Of a DNA stretch of 64,000 bases, positions 51,645 through 62,827 are shown one piece after another; within the stretch, counting starts at the first letter, position 1; every line of letters begins with the position of its first letter. Origin of the DNA: Gnetum montanum. Its lineage: Eukaryota; Plantae; Gnetophyta. Made by a program: the position numbers and the translations under genes. The stretch lies in contig MNCI01000459.1 of NCBI GenBank assembly GCA_015680685.1, positions 62,001 to 126,000 on the forward strand, given 5' to 3'. The notes under the pieces were generated by a model. That model did not search any database. It saw only the letters and a list, made by a program, of their open reading frames with translations, and was not told the origin of the DNA.

Positions 51645-54406
51645 GTGGTACTACTTTAGGTACACGTGATTCACTTGGTTTGAAAGTTCGTTGCTATTGA
51701 TGTCCACTAGCCTGAATGCTCCATTGCCGTATGCATTGATGACCAAGAAAGGGCCTTCCCAGCTTGTAGAGAATTTGCTCACTGGTTCACAAACGGCTTT
51801 AAGAACCAAGTCTCCTTTCTTGATCAGTCGCTGATGCAAGTTGTGATGATGCTTTTTCCTTTGCCTATCCTAATATTTTTTGATGCTATCGAGTGTCTGG
51901 ATGCATTCCTCCTCCACTGAGTCTAGATTCACAATCTTGTACTCGTTGTGATGAGTCTCATTTATAACCATGGAGAGGACCATCCACAGTGAGGGAACCT
52001 ATAGTTTAAGGGGAAACACTACTTCAGATCTGTAGACTAAGTTGTAGGGTGTCCTACCGGTAGTTTTTCTGCATGTTGAATGATAGGCCCATAGCACGTA
52101 GAGGATTTTCTCATGCCATCGCTTCTTGTTACTGCTGAACATCTTTTTGAGTAAATTGATAACCACTATTTTTGTTGCTTCTGCTTGACCATTTACTTGC
52201 AGGTAATATGGTGAGGAGAAAGATTGCTTAATGCAAAGATTATTGAAGAAAGATTTGGTTTCGGTGCTACTAAATTGTGGCCCAGTGTCGGTCACAATAG
52301 TCATGGGAAGCCCAAACCTTGTTACAATATTATCTAAGATAAAATGGCAAACCTATTGAGATGTAGTCTTTTGTAGGAGAATAGCCTCGACAAACTTTAT
52401 GAAGTACTCAGTGGCGGTGATAATGAAACTATGTCCTACGGAAGACTTAGACATGATGGGACCTACGATGTCTAGTTCCCATCGTTGGAATGGACAAGTG
52501 AGCTGTGTAGTATGAAACTTAGTCAGTGACACATGTATTAGATTCATGTAACACTAGTATGTGTCACATGTCTTAACTTTGGTAAGGAAATCTTGTTCCA
52601 TATACAGCGAGTAATACCCCAAGTGTTTGGTTTTAGTGGCCATGGCACGTGGGGCTATGTGTCCTCCACATAGGCCTTCATGGAATTTGCTAACAATCCT
52701 TTGTGCTTGGTCATTATTAATGTAGGTTAACAATATGCCATCAAAAGAGTGCTTACATAGAGTACTGTCTCTGATGATGACATATTTCTTGGCACACTTG
52801 TGGATTGCATCTTTTTGTACAGACATTAACTCGTGCGATGGTTCGCCATGTAGAAGATAGGTTTTAATGTTTTCGTATCATTTTGGCATTCCTTCTGCAC
52901 TTAAAGAAGAGATTTTTGCTGCTTGGATTATAGGATCTGTACATTCCATCATTAAAGCAGGCCAGGTGGCAAACAAATGTGGATGCACGTTTAAAGCTAG
53001 CGTAGCTAATGCATCAGCTATAGTGCTCTTACTACATGGCACATGTCAAACATTAGTCGTTGTGAATTGTTTCAGAAGATCTTTAGACATATCACAATAG
53101 GGTTGCAGATGCAAGGCTTTGTAGGTGTAGAATTCTATGATCTAATTGATAATGAGCATTGAATCACCTCAGATTTCCAAGTGTTGAACATTTAGTTCTT
53201 TGGCTACTAACAGTTCCCTGGGGAGCCTTTCGTATTCTGCCACATTGTTCGTACAGGGAAACGCCAGGTGGTAAGCCAATGGGCGAACATCCTCAAGGGA
53301 GAGAATGATGACGGTGGCAACACTATCACCCCTTATAGTCGAAGCTCCATCAATGTGTAATGTTGTTTCAAGGCTTGTTGATGTAGGGCTTAAAATATGT
53401 ACATGTTCGTCTAGAAATTCAGGCTCTATTGTTACCTGATTGTTAATAGGTGATGTTACCAGTTGGTTGGCTATCACTTGGCCTTTCATGGAATATTGGC
53501 CAATGTAGTGCAAGTCAAATTCTACTATGATGGCTTTCCATTGGGCTATCTTGCTACTCTCATATAAACTATTTGCCATGGCTCACAGAATGTTTTTCTT
53601 GCAAATTATGTTAACTTGGCTACAGAAAAGATAGTGTCTACATTTTTTGAGTGCAAAAACCAATGCCAAATAGTTACACTCTACTTCATTATACCTCGTT
53701 TCATAGGCAAATAGAACATGACTTAGATAATAGATAGGGATTTCTGACCCATTGTCCCTCTTTTGACATAGCAATGCAGCTATGGACACATCAAAACTTG
53801 CTAGGTATATGTGGAAAGGCTGATCCCTTTTTGGCAGGAAAACTGTTGGAAAGTGTAACCGATCTTTCTTTAAGTTGTCAAAAGCACACTAGTAGTCCTT
53901 GGTCCACTTGAAGTTAACCCCCTTTTTGAGTAGATGTTTCATAGGATGTAACTTTTTTTGTCAACTTCAAGATGAACCTCCCGATAAAATGTAGCCTACC
54001 TTGAAACCCACATAGTTCTTTGAGGTTTGTAGGTGGTGCCAGGTTAACGATGGCCTTAACCTTGTCAGGGTCAACTCGTATGCCAGCCTCCGATACCAAA
54101 AATGCATCAGGGTTAATGCATTTGTTGGTCAAGGAGAGAACTAGCCTTTAGAGTTTTTCTTTTTCCTTTGTGCATAACCATAGAGATTTTAGTAAGGGAA
54201 TCCTTGGCCACATCACTAGCCTCCAGGTCTAGGGTTCGGGCCAACTGTTCTAGCCAGTCTTGAGATATTTTCAAGGCTGCTATGGTTATGTCATAAGAGA
54301 GGGAATCGGTTCCTATCATTGCAAGATCAGTCTATCTAAAAGTTTCCCCGTATGGGCCTGTTAGGACTAGGGGTGTGAGTAAAGCTTCATCCATTTGCAA
54401 ACTAAC
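51645..54406 (-). pseudogene. pol: pol: RT C-terminal remnant, RNase H, additional RNase H (aRH), integrase
   Basis: VSEAGIRVDPDKVKAI..APPTNLKEL; PIYYLSHVLFAYETRY; aRH IDGAS, TNNVAEYE, GDS, ADALA; INT HEGLCGGH, WELDIVGP, VTDTGPQF, NGQAEA, WEGPF; many stops; no YxDD core. Confidence 0.92.
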
Positions 54407-54961
54407 CTAGAAAATCACCAAGAATGGAAGTTGTTACATTACTTTTGTCAACATGGTGAAATGGTGGAAGGTGTTTAGAGGTACATGTTAAAAAGGTTGC
54501 GAGTTTAAGGTCTTAGCGGATCATCAGAATATGTAAAGTTTGTAATACAACAACAAGCAAGGTTTCCTAGAAATTTTTCGTAAACTATAGCTAAAAGTAT
54601 AAGGTTGTGTGACTAGCATGGAAAAATAGCTAATTAATTTTTTTTTTTTGCAGACCATAGTTAATGCGATTGGATTACGAGATGATAAGCTGTGCGTTAG
54701 TTTAGGGTCTTTTCGAACCATCATTAATGAAATATCTACAAGGTTAATGGTGTGATATTTATGCTTCATGTCAAACTGACATTCCTACATTTCGGGAAAG
54801 TTCTACATTGATCGATCATGAAAACTGCAAGTTTTCACCATCACGCTTATAAGTAGATATTTTATCCTCAAAGTAAATTGTAAACGTAATGAGGCTAATT
54901 TAGGTGAAAGCAGAAGAACAACATAAGTTGATGATTTCGTTGAGGTTATTCAAGTGTAACA

Positions 54962-57900
54962 ATGGCACCGAAGACTGAACGCAAACATGCCAAGTTGACT
55001 AGAATCAATGAAGTACAGGAAAGTCTGGGACAAGTCTTGAAGGTGTTAGTCGAAACATGGGAAGTTACTCCGCTCATCCATTAAGTTGCTCTTCATCTTC
55101 CTTGTGTGCTATTTGCATTGAGTTATTTTCGTTGTCATTGTGCTATATTTTGCTACCTACCTCTGATAGTTATGCTATGGAAGTTTGTAATATTACCCTT
55201 AATGCCATTGTCAAAGACAGACCTTACACCGTTGTAAGGGTTTGGGAGATTGTGAGTAATATTGGTAAACACAATGTGTAACTGGTCAAGAGTTCAGGTG
55301 TTGTACCTTTGTATGGTGTAAGCAAAGTTACATTGTCTTGCTTGTAATGGTCTCATGTTACACTGGGGTAATATGTTGTATTACCTTTGTCGCCATTGTC
55401 GTAGATAGACCTTACATCATTGAAAGGGTTTGGGCAGTTATGGTAGTGCGTCTCTAGTGTAACATACGATTTTCTAGGAGTCAAGATAATGAGAACCCTA
55501 GTGTTGTGTAACAGATTCTCATGAGTTTTGCTGTTATTATCATGTCTGACATGCTTTCTAATGGGAATATGTTTTATTGTAAAGGGTCATGCTAAAGCTC
55601 ATCCTGATAGTTCTGGACATTGTGGGTGTTCTATGTTGTTTGAATATCCCCATGGCCAATGTTCCTCCTCCCCATGCTCATGTAGGGGGAGAGGCGGTTT
55701 GGTTCCAGAAGGGTGCATGGGTGTTCTTGCAATTTTTGCTACATAAATTTAGCGTAATTATTTGGTCGCATTTGTCGGCCAAGATAGCCACCTCCATTCT
55801 GGAAATGCTACTGGTTGGGTCAACACAGAGCATCTTAATGTTTCTGGTTGATGACTCAATCGAGACTGTAAGGGAAAAAGATCATGAGCAGAGCATCAAG
55901 GGTTTGAGGTGTTTATCTTGGATCTAGGAGATGCCCAGTTTGAATTGTTATCACACCTACAACAAGTTGTTTGTGGCTTGTCATCTCATGACCTATTTTC
56001 AGAACCCACCTTGCATCGTGTATTACACTAGACGGTAAGTGCTATCAAGGTGTTGTGATGTGTTAACTGCTATTTGATTTCACGTTAGATGTGAACAATT
56101 TATTTTGCAGCATATGTTTTTTATCGATGTAAATGGTCTCCAAGGTGATACGTACATGTTGTCTATGGCCAAAACAACCATAAAGGAATTCACTTCCATC
56201 GGCAATGTGCGTGCTGGCATCCTGGGAAAACTAGGATTTGAAATCCAACACTATCCTATCCGTTATGAAAAATTCTTTGTCAAGTGTAGAGACTCTGGAT
56301 GGCTGGATAAGGAGTGGACTTTGGATCATCTTATCACCGTTGATGACGTATAAGTGAAAATCCCACCATTTTCTTTACCTTTTGGACAGTGTATAAAATT
56401 TTATAGAATGAAAACAGTGTATAAAATTTTATTATTTTGTTATGTTCTAACCTAATTTTTTATGTTTATAGTTAAGGAATCACAGGAGGTCAAGATTATA
56501 GCTTTTAGGCGTGACGCAACCACCATCTTCTTTCGCTATGGTGACCTGAACGAAGTACAATAATGGCTTTGCCACAGAGTGGCCCTAGTTGCTATAATAA
56601 ATGACATCCAGGAAGCTAGATTGATGGAGCTATTTCTAGCTGTAACCTCCGATGTCATAGTCACCGAAATGTTGGCCCTAGTCGACTCCTTTAGCAAAAA
56701 AGCCAAGCATTTTCACATGCTTGTGCCTAGCATGGATGTGAGTTTTGATATTAATGCTCAACTCTTCGTTGACTTTTTTGGCATTCCTTCTGATGGTTGC
56801 CTAGTGGAGGAGAGATAAAAAAAGAGTTCTAAACATCAGAAGGACATAGAGGAGTGGCTAGGAGTTGAGAAAGAGCCAAAAGGCATCTTTGCTATTAAGA
56901 TCAAGCTAGAGGTGGCTAACATCATTTATTCTCTCTTTTGTGCTCATGCCTTTCCCAAGCTACTCTTCCAAGGAAAAATCCTTAGAATAGAACATGCTTG
57001 GATCATGTGGGAGGTTATGGAGGAGGGGACAAAATATAATTGGGCCTTCCTGAAGGCCTGCAGGCTGAAATGCTTAAGCTTCGAAAAATTCTTGAGTCTC
57101 ATTTCAATGTGCATTTTGCCTTTTCTATAGCTTGTTTGCGATGTTTTGTAGAATTCTTGGTGGTTCACAGGGATGAAGTCTGGGTTCAACAGGATCGTAA
57201 GTAGGTCTCCAAGCCATGGATTTCCTAGCTCTTCCACACCATCCGATCACAAGATCCTCTTGAAGGTATCGGGGAGTCGTTTTCATTAACGACTAGGGAT
57301 CGGGTGGCACCTACCATCCAAGGCCAAGAAAGCATGAGTGGGGAACCCCCTTCTTACACTGGTAGTGTGTCGAGGGGGAAGCACCTGGCAATAGAAATAG
57401 TAACTTCATTGGTCCAGCAGAAAAAATGTTGTTCAGCCATGGAGCCTCCTGGTCCAATTGGTGAAAAGGTAAGGAAACTTCTCATTAAGCTTCATAGGAG
57501 CCATCCCCCGGTTGGTAAGTAGAGGAATGCATGATTAATTTATGTATGTTCCACTACGTATAAACATCATTTCGACAGGTAGCGCTCATGTGAAGTGAGT
57601 AAGGTTTTGCTAACTATGATGCGTTCTATAGGAAAAGGGAAAGATGTGGTGGGATTGACCTCCAAAACAAGGACCATAGTCTTACAGCTTGGAGAAGTGG
57701 TCCCAGTTTTGGAAAAGGAGGCCCCTGTTGATAACGTGGATAATGCGCAGGCTCCTATGCCTGAGGGGAAGACAAGTGTAGAAGATGCCACTACCATGAC
57801 CCTTTTGGATAGGTTGGAAAGGGAAGAGTAGTCTGTCGCTAATGAGATTGCCCATTTGCTTCACCATTCTTCTATGGGAAATCTTCCCACTGTTACCCCA

Positions 57901-59323
57901 GAGGATCTCCTTGATAGGGGTCTTGTACTATTGTAGCATCTCAAGTTTTATTTTTATTTACAATGCCATGTTTAACTCATTTTGTTTGCATAGTAGGAAC
58001 TTCTGATATTAGTGGTGTACCTTCGTCGACAACCCCTACTCAACATTGAGTTGAGGCCCCTAAAAAATTTTCTTTCATGGAGAGGATTGTGAACAATATG
58101 ATTGGTCCCTTGGAGATAATCGATCCTGAGATTGGTATGCTACCATTGTTACACAGGGATTTTTTTGATATTGTCACATGTATCTTGTCGTGTCTAATTG
58201 TCATCTTTGTGTTACAGCATCTCCCTTCAAATGGGATCCTAAAGAGCCTATCGACGTAGACGTTGCTCCTGAACCCTCACTAGAGGTGACTGAAGTGCCG
58301 CACCACGTTTACAATGAGATGCATAAATGTGTGTTACGCTTGGCTTGTTCCCTCTGGGAGAGTCAAAACATCAATGAAGAGCTCTGGAAGAGATTGCAGA
58401 AAGTAGAAAAAGAGAAAACAACCCTAACTACTAGGGTTGAGGACCTTGAGTCTAGGAGGAAATTTTTGCAAGCTCGAGACACTAATGATGAAGATTTGCG
58501 GATAGTTGTAATCAACTATGCCTATTATTGGATGGTTGTCAGGAACAATGTCCAAGCCAGTCGTGAGTTCATTGAGAAATGAATGCAAATGGATCTCCTA
58601 GCCCAGAAGAACAAAGACTAGAAGGATTTGAGCGCGAGAGTCCAGGAATGGGGGTAGGAATAGAAAAAGCATAAGCATATGTATAAGTAGGAATGTGCTA
58701 CCTACCGCCAACATTACAGGGATTCTGTAGTTGAAGCGCAGTCTCTTCGGATGTTCCTTAATGTTATCGGTGCTTCTGGAACATATGAAAAGTTTTAGGA
58801 GCAAGTGATAGTAAGTGCCTTCCCAGAGAGAGAGATGACCCTTCCTAGTGGAGAGACTACTATCCCTTCCTTTTCTCTAAACCACCCCGATGGACTCCTA
58901 TGGAAAAGGGGAAGGTCAGGGCTGGAATGGATTTAGGAGATGGTGTGTGGTTAGAGCTCACTGAGGATGAGATTATGCCACACCTATGGGTTGTCTTGGA
59001 ACAAATTCCTTTTGTGGCCGAAGCAGGATGATCACAAGTAAGATGTGTGACTATTGTACTCTTATTATGCGTGATTTTGATTGTGACGCTAATGGTTGCT
59101 TCATGTCAAATTGTAGGATTGACATGAAGAGGGTCCTCATGAGGAAGAGCCCCATAGACATGATTGCCCTCATGAAGAGAATCCCAATGAGGAGGAGCCT
59201 CGCAGAGAGGATCGCCCCCAAGAAGAGAAGCTACCTAAAGGAGATCCTTATGAGGAAGACCCTCATGAGGTGGATGTGGTGTTAAATGACACGGATGGAG
59301 ATGGTAACAAAGGGGATGTGTAG
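54962..59323 (+). pseudogene. Antisense multi-exon accessory gene: FCP1/NIF-like HAD domain, PMD/plant-transposon-like domain, coiled coil, acidic tail; first exon tentative
   Basis: Tentative start MAPK at 54962; short GT-AG introns at 56035-56110, about 56348-56471, 57515-57578, about 57945-57993, 58135-58218, 59038-59116; KLILIVLDIVGVL...FLQFLLHKFSVIIWS...NKLFV...QNPP; VSFDINAQLFVDFFGIPSDG...YNWA; stop at 59321-59323 and AATAAA at about 59400. Contains stops and frameshifts. Confidence 0.72.
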
Positions 59324-59479
59324 CATAGCAATGTTAGTCAAACATTTTGTTAAAATGAAAGGGAGTAAAGGATAACTTTTGTGGTTAATGTAATTGTAAA
59401 ATAAAATTTTTAGTTTTGATGTTTATGAAGGAAAATGCATTGTCAGAAAGGTTACACATTTTAGGCCACTGTNTTACTA

Positions 59480-60090
59480 GCTTTGCAGCTACTTCTTGAC
59501 CATTCTTAGGTTTGGCGATGCATATGGATGAGGAGGCTTATTATTGCATTCCTCTAAGCTACCATCTTCTCTTTGGAAGGGTAGTTCAGCCCAAGTCAAG
59601 CTTTCATTGGCCACTGTGTCGGTCTATTCAACTGTTGGGATAGGAGTTTGATCTTCAGGGATTTCAATCTCCAAACCCTATTCCATTTCCATGTTGTTGA
59701 CCGCTTGAGGGATCATCTTATTATCATGGATGATCCTCCTGCATAGGGCAAGTGGATCTCTTGATGAATGGGTGATGAGAAGGCCCTCAATTGAGCCAAC
59801 CAAGACCTCCCTAAGATTAGGTTGAAGCTAGGCATCTCCTCGACAATAATAAACACTACGTTTGTGGGGAATTGATCCCCTAATACAAAGTTGATGTTCA
59901 CTATTCCCTTAACTTGCACTCATGTCCCGTTAAATGATTTCAAAGATGACATTGTTGTGGGATTGATCTGGTTGAGAAAACCTAGTTTATCCACTATGGG
60001 GAATGGAATGACGTTGGTAGTGGCCCCGTCATCTACGTGTACCCTCTGAATCCTGTACTGGTTGACCTGGATAGTGATGAACATGGACGT
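59480..60090 (-). pseudogene. Retroviral-type aspartic protease and C-terminal tail
   Basis: MFITIQVNQYRIQRVHVDDGATTNVI...SFNLILGRSWLAQLRAFSSPIHQEI. Confidence 0.85.
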
Positions 60091-60199
60091 TGTTGTCACT
60101 TAACCCTTTTCTAGGTCATCCTTAATGGATTCATCATGAAATGTTAGTTGAGAAAGCCGTGGTGATTCATGCAATGGGGGCAAGCAGCCGTGGTTTCTT

Positions 60200-62400
60200 C
60201 GGCTATGTTGGGTTATCACCTTCCATACCCACTACGTTGATAGTGTACCCTGTGTTATTTTCATTTAATGGGTCTTGGTACACATGCATAGACTGGTTTT
60301 CTAGATGAACCAGACTACTGCTATGCAGGATTAGCTTGCCTTGAACAATCATGTGTTGAATGTCATCTTTCAACACCCAGCAGTAGTCCATGTCATGACC
60401 ACACAGTTGGTGATAGTCACAGAAATGATCTAGCCTAAAGTTTTTGGGAACTGGTGGTTCGTTTGGTATGGCCAAGGAGAGATTTTTAAGTAGCTCAAAA
60501 TGCCTTCTTTGACACTTTAGACCTTCCTCAGACACCTTCTTGTGTTGGATATAACCAATTCTCAGTAGTTGCTTCAATAATTTAGAAGGCTTTACAGGTA
60601 GAATCGTATATTTTGAGTGATCTTTACGCTCAAAATTAGGCTTCAGCTATGGAAATTTCTCAAGAGCTGATGCTATTTTTTGATCGACATTGTTTGAGCT
60701 AGCCGTAGCCTCAACGGGAGCTATAGTTGTATTTTTGTTATTTTGTTTCTTTTTGGCCTCTTTAGCCACAACTGCTACCATTGTTGTTGTAGCCTTGCCC
60801 TTGTATTTGGTCTTGTTGTGGGCATTTCTCTAGGCCACGTACACTGGGTCTTTGCTAGCCTCTGCTGCATCTTGGATGCTCTTAGTTTGAGCTAAGGCTT
60901 GGCTGAGGGAGCAAGGAGTGAGGTAATATAGTTTCGACTTAATGAAGTCGTTGACTACCCCCTTGAAGATTGCCAACAGATGAGCCTCCACAATGGGTTC
61001 ACTGATTTCATTCAAGGTGGTGCTCCATCGCTGTATAAACCTTTTGATTGGCTTGAGTGGATCTTGTTTGACTCTCATAAGTTGATCAAATGTGACCTCT
61101 AGTTTCAGGTTGTATTTGAAATGAGTCACGAATTGAGTTAGCAACTCTTTCAAGGTTAAGATGGAAGATCGAGGATGTGCACGGTACCAGTCCAAAGGTT
61201 TACCCATTAGGAACATAGGAAAGACACACATGATGGTATGTGGCCATTGTTGTAGCAACAATGAATCTAACATAAAGGTAACTAGGTGGGTGTTGGGATC
61301 GCCTTCCCCATTGTATTTTGTAAAATGAGGGAGTGGCATCCCAGGAGGTAATGACAAGATGGGTACTACTAGAATAATAGGATTTTCATGGTAGAAATCC
61401 ATGACTTGTACTATGTCAAAACCAGTAGTCTTGAGGCGTTTAACCTCCTTGGTAAGGATTTCAATAAGCTGGAAGGCTTGATCCAGACCCAAGGATGAAG
61501 AGGTTGGTTGTGGCATAGTAGGGGGAGCCACGATGGGTGGCGGGATAGGGGTAACAGCTTGGCCTATGAGCGATGCTATCAGAACTATCCTTGTAGGAAG
61601 TACTATATGTGTCATCCACCACCTAGTAGGTGGTTTAGATGGGGTGAAAATCATTGATTCTACCATGGGATATGCTGTTTGCGTGGTCGGGAGCATAGAT
61701 AATGACCCTGCAATGGGATTTACCATCTGCAGGACTTAGTGCTGATGATGGTGAATATGGGACATCTTTGTAGGTTTTGCAATGAGGGATGATGTATTTG
61801 GAGCCCACCATGCAGTAGTGGTGGGTCCTGTTGTGAATGGCGATGTGGTAACAGGAGCTGGGAAGGATGCGGATGCTATGTACAATTGTGAGGTGGGTGC
61901 TGTGTGGACATATGGTAATGTAGGCGTGGGTACGCGATGAGATGGATTGGCTGACTGTGACTATGGAGGAATGGAATATGAAGGGAAAACAATTGGGAAG
62001 GCAACTAGAGAAAAGAAATGTTGATGGGGCGAGTGTGGGATACGGTTGGCAGTAGATAAAGATAAAGGCATAGTGACCATAAACAACAGATTTACACAAG
62101 ACGTTGTGGAGGGAGGAGCTACAAAAAAGCTAGCATGACTGCCTCCCTCAGAGTGGGAATCTAGGTCCTCCTACCCATCGTGGGGAACTTCATCATGGAA
62201 CAACTTGTCTCATTATTCTGTTGACACCCTGGCCATTAACAGCTAATCTAAGATCCACTATTGCTAGTCCATCAGGGGTATGGAGGATTTTGGTGAAGGA
62301 ACAAATTCCTTCCCATTACAGTATATGAACTTGTATTCACGTTTCTCTTTGTGTTCTTGTGGATACATAGGAAGATTTTCCATAAGTTTGGCATAGAGGA
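60200..62400 (-). pseudogene. gag: Tat gag with Pro-rich N-terminus and CxxHxxxxHxxxxC knuckle
   Basis: PHFTKYNGEGDPNTHL...FPMFLMGKPLDWY...QFVTHF...FIQRW; FCDYHQLCGHDMDYCWVLKDDIQ. Confidence 0.9.
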
Positions 62401-62803
62401 AGTTGTCAAGTTCCCTGTGCTGAACATGTCCCTCAGGCTCTTTATTTTGAATCCTGAGGGTCCAGCATAGCTGCACCAAACTAGTCAGTGGTTCGACAAT
62501 AGTAGGCGTAACTTGCAGTGTCTAGGAGTTTTTGAGGCTAGTGGTGTCAACAACAGTGGTTGATGCAGCCATTCTCTACATAGCTAGAGGGTAATGATAA
62601 TAGGGATAAAGATCACAAAGGAAAAAGCTAGCTAAAGGCAAAAGTGGGCTTTCTATCCTATTGGATTCCAGAGAAATCATTGAGGTGACTGATCTGTACC
62701 ACACAATCACATAAACAACCATGGGGGTATCATGTTTATGTTATTCAATGATGGGTACAGATAGCTTACAGGACTACCTGTGAAACATAGATCAGAGGTT
62801 TAG

Positions 62804-62821
62804 GCCATCCTTCTAGCACCA
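62804..62821 (-). promoter_or_regulatory. Primer-binding site, tRNA-Asn type
   Basis: Minus strand TGGTGCTAGAAGGATGGC, 6 nt from the LTR end at 62828. Confidence 0.8.
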
Positions 62822-62827
62822 GAAAAC

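Noticed and set aside
51645-51840. Chromodomain after integrase
   Set aside because: Integrase ends shortly after the GPF motif, as expected for non-chromoviral Tat elements.
54962-59323. Independent host gene or separate nested TE
   Set aside because: No TSD, TIR or LTR at its borders, and a diverged homolog occupies the same position in another Tat copy.
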